Shown: positions 15,884-24,674 of the stretch, in pieces
Layout: each line of letters opens with the position of its first letter
Position numbering within the stretch: the stretch's first letter is position 1
NCBI GenBank assembly: GCA_001443395.1
Contig: LDXK01000001.1
Coordinates: forward strand, 153,682 to 217,681
Reading direction: 5' to 3'
Source of the DNA: a candidate division WWE3 bacterium CSP1-7
Lineage (GTDB): Bacteria; Patescibacteriota; WWE3; 9FT-COMBO-53-11
Length of the DNA: 64,000 nt
Made by a program: the position numbers and the translations under genes
Notes under the pieces: model-generated
Databases searched by the model: none
What the model was told of the DNA's origin: nothing
The model's input: the letters and a program-made list of their open reading frames with translations, nothing else

Positions 15884-17582
15884 GCTCTTCCGCCGCGGCG
15901 GGAACGATCGGCTTCCGGAAGCGGGTGATCCGCCGCCCTATCTGGGAGAAAATGGAAAGCTCCCGAACCCCCAGCAGCCGGCAAACCAATAGGTAAACCC
16001 CCACCCCCACCGCCCCCACAAACCCGGTCAGCATTATCAGGTTCTTGGTGTAGCGAGTGTCCAAGACAAAGGCCGACCATTCATCAGGAAGAGCAAAGCT
16101 CCCCAAGAAAGAGAGACCCCGGTCCCAGGCCGAGCGGTCGAAAACCTTCAGGACGACGTACATCACCAGGCCGGAAACCAGAGCGGCCGCCCCTACCCTG
16201 AGACCGGGGAGGATAAAATCCCGGAGAGAGAAACCGTTCCGCCGCGCCAGAATCACCCCCAGCACGGCGGCTTGGATCAGCGCCGAAAAGGCGAACGAAG
16301 CGGCCAGGCCCCAAACCGGCAGTCCCAGGACCAGGATGGCGTAGGCCGAGAGGGAGATGTTCAGCACCACGTTGGTCATTTCTACCTTCATCGGAGTGAG
16401 GGTGTCGGAAAGAGCATAAAAGGCCCGAACGAAGTAGGTCGTCAGCGCCTGCCCCAGAATCCCGATGGCGAAGAGGGAGAGAGCGTAGCCGGTGAGAACG
16501 GTCGAATCCCAGGTGGATCGGGCGGCGCCGAAGGCCAGCCGGACCAACGGAATTCGCAAAACAGCGAGGGCCGCCGCCGCCGGCAGGATCAGGAAGATGA
16601 TCTGGCGGAATGTGGTGAAAAAAGTTTCCCGAAACTCTTCCCTCTTCCCGGCTCGGTGGGAGAGGGCCGGCAGGGTGGCGTCCGCCAGGGCGAAGCCGAA
16701 GAGGGAAACCGGAAGCATCCCGAGGTGAAAGGCGAAGGTCAGGTATCCGTAAGAGGGGGTGGTGATCAGCGAGGCGAGGAAGAGATCCGAGGCCTTCAGC
16801 AGCTGGTTGGAGAGCAGATCCAGCACCCGCGGAGCCGCGAGCTTGATGATCCGCCTGACCCCGGGGTGGCGGAAATCCAACGACCCCACCGGCCGGAATC
16901 CCAACTTCACCGCCAGCGGAAGCTGAATCACCAGATGCAACAGAGCGCCTATCACCGCTCCCCAGGCGGGAGCGTAGATCCCCAACGTCTTAGAAAGGAA
17001 CACGATTCCGAGAATGATTGACAGATTGTAGAAGACCGGCGCCAAGGCCGGTACCAGAAACCGCTGGTAGGACTTCAGGATTCCGGTCAGAAAGGAGGAA
17101 ATAACGAACAGCCCCTGGGTGAGCAGAAGCACCCGCGTTAGCTGAGCCATCTGTGTGATCTCGGCGGGATTGAATCCGGGGGCGACGACCGCCGAGAAAG
17201 GCCGGGCAAAAACAAAAACCAGCACCGCCAGCCCCAAAAAGAGCAGGAGGGCGAGGTTCACCGCGATCCCCGCCACCCGCCAACCCTCCGCTTCCTTCCG
17301 GCGGGAAATGTACGAGATAAAAGTGGGGATGAACGCTGAGGAGAGCGCACCCATGATCAGAACATCGAACAGGGTGTCGGGAAGGCGAAAGGCCGCGAAA
17401 TAGATGGAGATGTCGTTGCCGAAGAAGTAGTGAGCGAGGGCTCGGTCCCGAACCAGTCCCAACACCCGCGAAACCAAAATCGAGCCGCTCAGAACCACGG
17501 CCGCGGAGAGAATATCAACTTGGCGGGAAAAGAGAAAATCCCGAGCCTTACGGAATAGCCACATGCGATAAAATGCTAACAT
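15864..17582 (-). CDS. murJ: Lipid II flippase MurJ/MviN
   Basis: About 14 TM, 572 aa, with an N-terminal LGLVRDRALAHYFG...AAFRLPDTLF signature. Confidence 0.85.
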   Translation of the reverse strand: MLAFYRMWLFRKARDFLFSRQVDILSAAVVLSGSILVSRVLGLVRDRALAHYFFGNDISIYFAAFRLPDTLFDVLIMGALSSAFIPTFISYISRRKEAEGWRVAGIAVNLALLLFLGLAVLVFVFARPFSAVVAPGFNPAEITQMAQLTRVLLLTQGLFVISSFLTGILKSYQRFLVPALAPVFYNLSIILGIVFLSKTLGIYAPAWGAVIGALLHLVIQLPLAVKLGFRPVGSLDFRHPGVRRIIKLAAPRVLDLLSNQLLKASDLFLASLITTPSYGYLTFAFHLGMLPVSLFGFALADATLPALSHRAGKREEFRETFFTTFRQIIFLILPAAAALAVLRIPLVRLAFGAARSTWDSTVLTGYALSLFAIGILGQALTTYFVRAFYALSDTLTPMKVEMTNVVLNISLSAYAILVLGLPVWGLAASFAFSALIQAAVLGVILARRNGFSLRDFILPGLRVGAAALVSGLVMYVVLKVFDRSAWDRGLSFLGSFALPDEWSAFVLDTRYTKNLIMLTGFVGAVGVGVYLLVCRLLGVRELSIFSQIGRRITRFRKPIVPAAAEEHEHVHS

Positions 17583-17589
17583 AACACTG

Positions 17590-17817
17590 ATGCCACACCT
17601 GAAAAGTGCCTACAAAAACCTTCGCAAGAGCCGCCGCAAAACGGTCATCAATCTGAAGGCCAAAAATAACCTGAAGAAAGCTCTCAAGGGACCGCTGACG
17701 CTCAAAACATCCGCCGCGGTCACAAAAGCGATTGACAAGGCCGCCAAACGCGGCATTATCTCCGACAACAAAGCGGCTCGGCTGAAAAGCAATTTGAGCA
17801 AAAAGATTAAAAAATAA
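17590..17817 (+). CDS. rpsT: 30S ribosomal protein S20
   Basis: MPHLKSAYKNLRKSRRKTVINLKAKN... is a typical S20. Confidence 0.9.
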   Translation: MPHLKSAYKNLRKSRRKTVINLKAKNNLKKALKGPLTLKTSAAVTKAIDKAAKRGIISDNKAARLKSNLSKKIKK

Positions 17818-17890
17818 TGGACGGCCGCCTGCGGCGACCTAGATTCGGTGAATGGCCGAATAACGGCCGCCTGCGGCGATCTAACATTTT
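17817..17890 (+). repeat. Tandem pair of hairpin-core elements (A4a 17817..17845, A4b 17852..17890)
   Basis: A4a is ATGGACGGC|CGCC-tgc-GGCG|ACCTAGATT. A4b is ...ACGGC|CGCC-tgc-GGCG|ATCTAACATTTT. The 21-nt core repeats with a 42-nt period. Confidence 0.8.
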
Positions 17891-17901
17891 GAAGAGACAA
17901 A

Positions 17902-18462
17902 ATGGCAGAGCCAACACCCTCGACCGCCAAGGAAAGCATTGAACTCCTTCCTCCTCTAACCAAAACCGGGAAAGCCAAAGTCATCTCCTTTTGGGCGCGC
18001 ACCGCCGGCATTCCTTTGATTATTATTCTGCAGCTGACTTTTTTGGGAATTTTTTCTTTCCGGGCAAAGCTGGGAATGGATCTGTTAAAGCTCTCTACAT
18101 CGGTGGTCGAGAAAGAAAAGATCGTGGCGGATGCCGCCGATTTCGAACAAACCTTCCGCAAAACCCAGCGCAAGCTGGAACAGATCGCTCAGGTCGGGAA
18201 TGGGCTTTGCGTTTCCTGTACCATCGAAACCCTCAACAAAATCAAGCCTGCCGCCGTAATCCTGAACACCCTCAGCTTGGAAGGAGAGAAAATTCAGTTG
18301 ATTGCGGAAACGCCGCAGGGCCTGACTTTCGCCACCTTCGTTACCAACATCATTAAAGATGAAGGAATTCGCGAGGCCCTCATCACTTCAGGGAGCCTCA
18401 ACCGGGAAGGAAACTTTGTCTTCACGATGGAACTGGTTATGGACAAGGACAAGATTAAATAA
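17902..18462 (+). CDS. Single-pass membrane protein, PilN-like (tentative)
   Basis: Short cytoplasmic N-terminus, one TM (IPLIIILQLTFLGIFSF), then an alpha/beta ectodomain of about 130 aa. The architecture resembles the PilN family only; no pilM is adjacent. Confidence 0.35.
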   Translation: MAEPTPSTAKESIELLPPLTKTGKAKVISFWARTAGIPLIIILQLTFLGIFSFRAKLGMDLLKLSTSVVEKEKIVADAADFEQTFRKTQRKLEQIAQVGNGLCVSCTIETLNKIKPAAVILNTLSLEGEKIQLIAETPQGLTFATFVTNIIKDEGIREALITSGSLNREGNFVFTMELVMDKDKIK

Positions 18463-18480
18463 ATGAGATGATTGGTTACT

Positions 18481-18565
18481 TTTGCAAAGCAAAATTGCAA
18501 CCGAGCGTAGCGAGGACAGCACATTTGCAAAGCAAAATTGCAACCGAGCGTAGCGAGGACAGCAC
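18481..18565 (+). repeat. Perfect tandem duplication of a 42-nt unit (18481..18522 and 18524..18565)
   Basis: The unit is TTTGCAAAGCAAAATTGCAACCGAGCGTAGCGAGGACAGCAC, present twice and separated by one A. The pair is flanked by a perfect 15-nt direct repeat, AGATGATTGGTTACT, at 18466..18480 and 18576..18590. Confidence 0.9.
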
Positions 18566-18577
18566 TACTACTAAAAG

Positions 18578-19156
18578 ATGATTGGTTACTACTACTATTT
18601 GACAAAAATAAGGCCTTATTTCACCCAAACCGAGAAGACGGACTACACCCTAATCGCTTTCTCGCTGTTAACGGTTCTGGTTTTTGGATTTTTGGGTATC
18701 CGGCCGCTGGCGGCGGCGGCGCTGAAAGCCTACGCCCAGCTCCGGGAGGGCGAGCGCTACGAGAACGAGCTGACTGAAAAAATTATTGCCCTCAACCAGG
18801 CTGGGAATTCTTTCTTCTCTTCCGCCGAAGTCTCCCAGCTCGGAACCATTATTCCGGAAGGCCACACCCAACCCCAGATCATCCAGGCGTTGGACAACGA
18901 TGCCGTTTCGGCCGGCTTTCAGCTGAAGTCGGTGGTCTTTCGCCCCCAAGAAAAAACGGTCTCCCAGAGGGAGATTAATTTTTATGTTTTTGACTTTTTC
19001 GCCTCCGGTCCCCAAAAGTCCCTGGTCGCTTTTATCAAAGAGCTGGAGAAGGGTCAGTTGATCCAAATCGAGTTTTTCCAAACTTCGCTCCGCCGGGAAG
19101 AGGGGGGTACCTCGTTGGAGGTTGTCGGGCGGGGAAAGGCGTTCTATCTGCAATGA
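18578..19156 (+). CDS. Single-pass membrane protein, PilO-like (tentative)
   Basis: TM (LIAFSLLTVLVFGFLGI), then a coiled-coil (LKAYAQLREGERYENELTEKIIALN), then an alpha/beta domain. Architecture-level call only. Confidence 0.35.
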   Translation: MIGYYYYLTKIRPYFTQTEKTDYTLIAFSLLTVLVFGFLGIRPLAAAALKAYAQLREGERYENELTEKIIALNQAGNSFFSSAEVSQLGTIIPEGHTQPQIIQALDNDAVSAGFQLKSVVFRPQEKTVSQREINFYVFDFFASGPQKSLVAFIKELEKGQLIQIEFFQTSLRREEGGTSLEVVGRGKAFYLQ

Positions 19157-19317
19157 CCAAGGAATTGGGAATCATTTTGACCTTAACTCTGATCGCGGTC
19201 CTGTCTTGGGTCGGTTGGCTCTTTTTTGAGGGCGCCAGCGGACTGGACCAAATCGACTATTCGAAAAAGGTGATCGAACCGCTCAACCCGATCCTGCGCA
19301 CCGACATTCTTCAATAA
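19153..19317 (+). CDS. Small membrane protein (54 aa), translationally coupled to the preceding gene
   Basis: Absent from the ORF track. ATGA start/stop overlap. Translation is MTKELGIILTLTLIAVLSWVGWLFFEGASGLDQIDYSKKVIEPLNPILRTDILQ. Confidence 0.45.
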   Translation: MTKELGIILTLTLIAVLSWVGWLFFEGASGLDQIDYSKKVIEPLNPILRTDILQ

Positions 19318-19318
19318 T

Positions 19319-19978
19319 CTACCCAATAATACGGTGAATTAAGAGGTCCAGAGGCCGCTTCCTACCCTGCTTGCGGTGGCGGTCTTCCTCCAGGACGGCG
19401 GAGAGAGAACGGCGCAGTTCATCCAGACTCCAATCGCCCGTATATTTCTGAAGCTTCTGGACGACATAGGGATTGATGCCCCTCACTGCCTTGCTCTTCA
19501 CCCGCACCAGTGATCGCAGCTGCCAGACAATCATTTTCAAAATGAAATCAAAATCCTGGCCCTCCTGGAGAAGCCGCCGCGCTTGGATCATGGCGTTCTT
19601 ACGACGGCGGCCGACGATCGCATCCAAAAGCGGAAAAACGTTTTTAGGAATCTGGGGATCAAAAAAGAAGACCTTTGCGCCGGAAAATTTATCTAATTCT
19701 CCGGGCGGAAGGCGGTGCGGAAAAACCAGAGCCAGGTCCTGCACTCCCTTCTCCCATTCCGAAAGCCGGGGTTTGGAAAGTTCTTTCAAAGGCGGTTCCT
19801 CCCAGATGACAAGTTGGCGTTGATTGGATCTTTCAAAAAGGGAGGATGAAACAAGTCTCTGCGCGAGTCCTTTCGAATCTTTTTCTTCCCAGAAGAGGGC
19901 GGAACCGTACTGGTGCTTAAACCTCAACAGGTTTTCCCGAAGTACCGGCTGGTCCTCTCCGTGGAAGACAAAAATCAC
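19319..19978 (-). CDS. holA: DNA polymerase III delta subunit-like (HolA, short form)
   Basis: 219 aa. The central VFPLLDAIVGRRRKNAMIQARRLLQEGQDFDFILKMIVWQLRSL resembles the HolA domain III region. Confidence 0.5.
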   Translation of the reverse strand: MIFVFHGEDQPVLRENLLRFKHQYGSALFWEEKDSKGLAQRLVSSSLFERSNQRQLVIWEEPPLKELSKPRLSEWEKGVQDLALVFPHRLPPGELDKFSGAKVFFFDPQIPKNVFPLLDAIVGRRRKNAMIQARRLLQEGQDFDFILKMIVWQLRSLVRVKSKAVRGINPYVVQKLQKYTGDWSLDELRRSLSAVLEEDRHRKQGRKRPLDLLIHRIIG

Positions 19979-21057
19979 GGTTTGCCCCCCGAGTCGGCTC
20001 CGGAATTAGTGCCAAAGAAAAGCTTCTGCACCGCCGCTTGGATCTTGGTGTAGTAGGTTTCCCCCTCCTTGGGAACGATCACGTAACCAATTCCGTACAA
20101 TGAATTGTCGGGGTGGTAAACCAATCCCGAGTCGGGGTCGAGAACCAAGCTCTTAATCTGGGGGATCTCCCCGAGCTTGGCCCCAACTTCCAGCGCACGT
20201 TTGATCTCGCCGAAACTGGCATTGGTCCTAACGGCGGTAGTGATCTGCTGGTACAACTTGCTCAACTTGCTGGGATTAAGCAAAAGATCCAGCGACATAA
20301 CCTTTTCCTTCACGGCCACAATTACTTTCTGCTGGCGACGGGCCCGATCAAAATCGCCCAGAGCGGTGCCGTGTCGCGAACGGGCGAACTCCAGGGCTTT
20401 TTCTCCGTTCATAACCTGCGTTCCTTTTTTGAAGCTGATGCACTTGTAGCCGTAATTGGGGGTCGGGTAGGCACAATCCTTAAAAGCGGTATCCACGGTC
20501 ACGCTTATTCCTCCCAAAGTATCAATGATCTCCTTGAAACCCTCAAAGTTCACCACCACCCAGTAAGGGATCTTAATTCCTAGGACTTCCTCTATTTTTG
20601 ACTTTGAAAAATCCACTCCCTTTTGGATATCGAACTTTCCATCCTTTTTGATACCTCCGTAGTTATAGACCGTGGTTATCTTTACCCGGTTAGGAATTTT
20701 TACCATGAAGTCGCGCGGGATTGAAATCAGAGCCGGGTCACCCTCCAAGATAGAAATCGAACCCACCAAAATTGTGTCGGTCAGGCCACTGAAACCATCT
20801 GTTCTCGTGTCTAGACCCAAAACCAGCACGTTCACCCGGCCATCAACTTCGACTAGTTTCGTTGGTTCAAGCAGCTGGGCAAAAAAAGAAACCGGGGCCA
20901 GCAGGCTCTGCACAAAAGGGGTCCGGGAAAACGCCAACAGGCCTCCGCCCAGCACCAGCAGGATCGCCAGCGGGACCAGCCAGCGCTTTAGCTTTCGGCC
21001 CCGTTTCGGCCGATGGGCATCGAGATCAAGATACTTTGTCATATATTTCCTCCTCAT
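19975..21057 (-). CDS. LytR/CpsA/Psr (LCP) family cell-envelope phosphotransferase
   Basis: N-terminal TM plus VNVLVLGLDTR...LTDTILVGSI...ISIPRD plus an R-rich motif (FARSRH). Confidence 0.85.
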   Translation of the reverse strand: MRRKYMTKYLDLDAHRPKRGRKLKRWLVPLAILLVLGGGLLAFSRTPFVQSLLAPVSFFAQLLEPTKLVEVDGRVNVLVLGLDTRTDGFSGLTDTILVGSISILEGDPALISIPRDFMVKIPNRVKITTVYNYGGIKKDGKFDIQKGVDFSKSKIEEVLGIKIPYWVVVNFEGFKEIIDTLGGISVTVDTAFKDCAYPTPNYGYKCISFKKGTQVMNGEKALEFARSRHGTALGDFDRARRQQKVIVAVKEKVMSLDLLLNPSKLSKLYQQITTAVRTNASFGEIKRALEVGAKLGEIPQIKSLVLDPDSGLVYHPDNSLYGIGYVIVPKEGETYYTKIQAAVQKLFFGTNSGADSGGKP

Positions 21058-22645
21058 AGATTTGAATCATCTCTCCCAACTTTTTCCGTTCCATAATTCC
21101 TTGGGGAGAAGGGACCTTGGACAGCTTCTCGGGAATTTTAACATCTGCGGGACGAAATCCCGTCCGCCGCTGCAAAACCAGTTTCTGCCGAAAGATATCT
21201 CGGGCGATTTTCTGCAGATGTTCGTGGGAAAAATCCGCCCCCAGCGCCCGAAGGGCGGCAAAGGAAGTGGCAGGGTCCTCGAAAACCGAGGCCAGATAAC
21301 CGCAACCGACCAAGGTCTCCGCCAGAGTTTTGGGATACTGGGTTTCCATCAATCGGTGGACCAGATCGGCCGGCTCAATTTCCTGTTCCAGAAGATCCAG
21401 ATCAAGTAGGAATCCCCGGTTCTCCTCGGTGGTTGCTCCCAGTTGAAGTACTTGAGAGAGGATGGAAGCGTAACCATTGAAGTAGGGAAGGATCCCTAGA
21501 CCGGCGATCCCCAAGGATCGAGAGTGGGTCGGCACGGACTCTCGAAGATCGCGGGCCCATTGTTCGCGTCCCGCAAACAGCGCTTCGATGAGCGTCAGAT
21601 AGGTCTCTTCGTTGCCGAACTCCAAGCCCTCTTTTTCCGTCAAGTAAGCCAGAATAGTTCCTAAGCAGACCGGGTCCAGCCCCAACCCCCAAACTCTTTC
21701 GATCAAGGAAGAGATCATCCGAGGTTCGAAGATTCCCAAGAGCGGGCCCAACGCCACCACACTCTCGTAGTCGTAGGGGGTAGAATTCTGCTGGCCTTTG
21801 AGAAGGTGGATACAACCAACCGGACATCCGCCGCAGGCCACCCGACGGGCGGCGACGGTTTCCGCAAAGGCCGGGGCCAACAGCTCTTCTCCCGGCAGAT
21901 TGGATTCCGCCAAATTATTGACCGGAACAGCGGCAATTTTTTTCTCGACCGCCAGATTGCGGAGAGTTCCCAATTGAGAGAGTTCCCGGTATCCCTGCAT
22001 TTTTCGAGAGAGGGATTCGAAAACTTCTTGATAGCGGCGCTCGTCGGCGAAGCCCTCGCTTTTCTCTCCGGCGATTGTCATAATCTTGAAATTTTTCTGC
22101 GCCCAGGCCCGACCGAACCCGCCCCGAGGGAAAGAGAAGAATTCATCCAGGTAGAGAGGGGAGTAACCTATCCCCTGTTCGGCGGCCGGGCCGGTCGCCA
22201 GAACCGACTGCTTGCCGGGAACTCCCACCGAGGAAGAAACCAGCTCAAAAACTTTGGGAGTCTCCAATCCCAAAAAACGGCTGGCGTCGGCGAATTCGAT
22301 TCTGTCCTCGTCCACCGTCACCATCGTCGGCGAAGCGGCTTTCCCCAAAATCACTACGCCCTGGTAACCGGCGGCGCGCAGAAATCGAGCGAGATTACCT
22401 CCGGCGAAGGAGGTCGCGAGAAACCCCGTCTGGGGAGAGCGAAAAACCGCCACCGTTTTCGAAACGCCGGGAAAAATCGCGCTCAGCGGACCTCCTGCCA
22501 ACACGATCGGCTCTTCCTCGAAAAACTGCTCGTAGAGCGCCAGCGCCCAACCCAGCCCCCCTACCAGAGGAATAAGCTCTTGATATGATTTGACCTCAAA
22601 GGTGCGGGAGGTGAGATTTATCTGCAAAAAAGTTGGTGCGACCAT
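21026..22645 (-). CDS. Aldehyde:ferredoxin oxidoreductase (AOR) family protein
   Basis: N-terminal AOR domain (LQINLTSRTFEV...GGLGWALALY...GPLSAIFPGVSKTVAVFRSPQTG) and a Cys cluster (CGGCPVGC). The start was moved to the ATG at 22645, 5 nt after the ferredoxin stop. Confidence 0.7.
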   Translation of the reverse strand: MVAPTFLQINLTSRTFEVKSYQELIPLVGGLGWALALYEQFFEEEPIVLAGGPLSAIFPGVSKTVAVFRSPQTGFLATSFAGGNLARFLRAAGYQGVVILGKAASPTMVTVDEDRIEFADASRFLGLETPKVFELVSSSVGVPGKQSVLATGPAAEQGIGYSPLYLDEFFSFPRGGFGRAWAQKNFKIMTIAGEKSEGFADERRYQEVFESLSRKMQGYRELSQLGTLRNLAVEKKIAAVPVNNLAESNLPGEELLAPAFAETVAARRVACGGCPVGCIHLLKGQQNSTPYDYESVVALGPLLGIFEPRMISSLIERVWGLGLDPVCLGTILAYLTEKEGLEFGNEETYLTLIEALFAGREQWARDLRESVPTHSRSLGIAGLGILPYFNGYASILSQVLQLGATTEENRGFLLDLDLLEQEIEPADLVHRLMETQYPKTLAETLVGCGYLASVFEDPATSFAALRALGADFSHEHLQKIARDIFRQKLVLQRRTGFRPADVKIPEKLSKVPSPQGIMERKKLGEMIQIYEEEIYDKVS

Positions 22646-22650
22646 TGGAT

Positions 22651-22890
22651 TTACTCGCTGATCTCGTAGCAATTTTCCGGACAGACGTCGCGAATTTCGG
22701 GATAGTCGGTTTTTTGGCCGTAGTCAATCACCGCCCGAAAATAAGGCTGGCCCGCGGAAACCTTCCGGATCTGCAGAAAAGAGGCGGCGTAGGAGAGTTT
22801 TTTCTTAGTGATTCTGGCCGCCAGAAGTTCACAGAGCCCGCAACCGGTGCAGCGCTCCATCCGCGTCGGCTTAAGTATTTTAGTCATCAA
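22651..22890 (-). CDS. Small Cys-rich ferredoxin-like protein
   Basis: 79 aa with C-x2-C-x2-C (CTGCGLC) and a distal C-P (VCPENC). It lies directly upstream of AOR. Confidence 0.6.
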   Translation of the reverse strand: MMTKILKPTRMERCTGCGLCELLAARITKKKLSYAASFLQIRKVSAGQPYFRAVIDYGQKTDYPEIRDVCPENCYEISE

Positions 22891-23044
22891 GGGTAAGTAT
22901 AGGGTAAAAGGTAGAAGGTATAAAGATTAAGAGGCACGCAGGGAAGTAGTTTTGAGGAACATCCCGCAGGTCCGACGGGAGGAGGGCGAAGCGACCTGTT
23001 AAGCAGACAGGGACGCTGTTTCCGAAAAAATGCGACCCGAGTGC

Positions 23045-24043
23045 CTAATATCCAAGTGCTTTGAGGCCGGGGAGTTCTTTGCCGGCGAGAAATTCCAGCA
23101 TCGCTCCCCCGCCCATCGAAACGTACCCCATTTTTTCAAGCAGGCCGAAGGCCGAAAGTGCCGCAATCGTGTCCCCTCCGCCGACAATCGTCTTGCCAGG
23201 ATGCTCGGCCAAGGACTTCGCCACCGCTCTCGTTCCCGCGGCATACTTATCATCCTCCCACTTACCCATTGGTCCGTTCCAAACCACCGTCTTTGCGTTC
23301 TTGACTATTTCGGTAAACTTCTTCTCGGTTTCCGGCCCGATATCAAAAGTCTCAACGGCGTCTACCGGGAAAACGGCCCGGGTGATTTTTCTCAAACTCT
23401 GGTCAAACATCAGGAGACCCCCGAGGAGAACAGAATCGGCCACTTCCGCAAAGTTGGAAACCAGCGGCGCTTTCGTCTCGGTTTTTGCCCCTCCCAGGAT
23501 AAAAACCAGCGGCCGTTCCGGATTTTCCAGCACTCCGCCAAGTTCTTTTACTTCTTCCGCCAACCGCAAACCGGCATAGGCCGGAAGGTGCTGCGGAACG
23601 CCGGCGATCGAGGCGTGAGCGCGATGAGAAGCGGCAAAGGAATCATTGACGTAAAGGTCGCCCAGCTCCGCCAATTCCTGGGCAAATTTCGGATCGTTTT
23701 CTTCCTCGCCCTCCCAAAAACGCAAGTTCTCCAAAACCGATGCCCGATTCTCCGATTCTCCAATTCTCAAATCCTCAAAAAACCCCACCTTTTCCCCAAG
23801 TTCTTTTGAAAACCAATCCGCAATCGGTTTTAAAGACAGGGCGGGATTAAGCTTCCCCTCGGGGCGTCCGGCGTGGCCAATGATCAAAACCTGCGCTCGA
23901 TTCTCCAACAAATAATTGAGAGTAGGAACAAGGGCTTTGATACGATAATCCTCTCCCACCTCCCCGTCTTTGATCGGTACGTCAAGATCACCTCGCAGCA
24001 GAACCCGCTTTCCCGAAAGTTCCGCCTCTTTAAGGATTTTCAT
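23045..24043 (-). CDS. pgk: Phosphoglycerate kinase
   Basis: MKILKEAELSGKRVLLRGDLDVP..., GGAKTETK, GGGD. The start was set at the internal ATG at 24043, because the ORF track's N-terminal 18 aa overlap the upstream gene. Confidence 0.95.
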   Translation of the reverse strand: MKILKEAELSGKRVLLRGDLDVPIKDGEVGEDYRIKALVPTLNYLLENRAQVLIIGHAGRPEGKLNPALSLKPIADWFSKELGEKVGFFEDLRIGESENRASVLENLRFWEGEEENDPKFAQELAELGDLYVNDSFAASHRAHASIAGVPQHLPAYAGLRLAEEVKELGGVLENPERPLVFILGGAKTETKAPLVSNFAEVADSVLLGGLLMFDQSLRKITRAVFPVDAVETFDIGPETEKKFTEIVKNAKTVVWNGPMGKWEDDKYAAGTRAVAKSLAEHPGKTIVGGGDTIAALSAFGLLEKMGYVSMGGGAMLEFLAGKELPGLKALGY

Positions 24044-24674
24044 TTCCTTCCTGATTTTCCTCGGTAATAAATCGCAGACTCTTTCCCATTTCTTCAAAGA
24101 TCACCGCGTAATCCGCTTCGCCGTATTTATTCCAAGCCAGTGTGAAATCATTCTCTCCTTTTGCAAAGAAGATGATTTCTTTTTCAGGAGTGGTAATTCG
24201 TTCACCATAGATATCGTTGGCAAAGAAACTGCAGGCGGATTGGTCGCTCTCGCAGGCGGTTTTACCGCGAGCGGCGTTGGAGGACACGGACAGGCTGACA
24301 TAGTCTTTCGGCAAGATCTCGCCTTCCTGTTGAGCTTTCGGTTGAAAAGTTATCAAAGAGGTATTGGCTTCGGTTGCCTCCCAATTATCAGGGTAGCGAA
24401 GGCCCAGACCGTGAGTTTCGCTGCGGTACACCAACCAGTTTTCGTAGGGATTGGGACCGGCTAGGAAAGAGGCAGGAACATAGCGCTGCCAGAGCACCAC
24501 CGCCAGATAGCCGGCGGAAAAAACCACCGCGGTTGCCAGGATGAAAAGGAGGGCAAGGCCAGCCCTTCGCCAAGTAACTCGGCGTTTGGGCTTGGTCTCA
24601 ATCTCTTTTGATTCGTAAGACCTCTTGACGGAATCGGTAGCTTTTTCCTCCTCGCCAGAGATTTCGGAATCCAC
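24030..24674 (-). CDS. Membrane-anchored hypothetical protein
   Basis: Acidic N-terminus, one TM (LALLFILATAVVFSAGYLAVVLW), and an ectodomain of about 140 aa. GTG start. It lies between gap and pgk. Confidence 0.55.
   Translation of the reverse strand: MDSEISGEEEKATDSVKRSYESKEIETKPKRRVTWRRAGLALLFILATAVVFSAGYLAVVLWQRYVPASFLAGPNPYENWLVYRSETHGLGLRYPDNWEATEANTSLITFQPKAQQEGEILPKDYVSLSVSSNAARGKTACESDQSACSFFANDIYGERITTPEKEIIFFAKGENDFTLAWNKYGEADYAVIFEEMGKSLRFITEENQEGNENP

Noticed and set aside
18481-18565. The idea that the 42-nt direct repeats form a CRISPR array.
   Set aside because: There are only two copies, separated by 1 nt with no spacer. No cas genes are present, and related units occur singly elsewhere.
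22957-22990. A possible degenerate hairpin-core copy (CCGACGGGAGGAGGGCGAAGCGACCTGTTAAG) downstream of pgk, with a possible duplicated pgk 3' end.
   Set aside because: The similarity to the family flanks is weak. The stem is not self-complementary. The putative pgk-end duplicate shares only about 8 nt.
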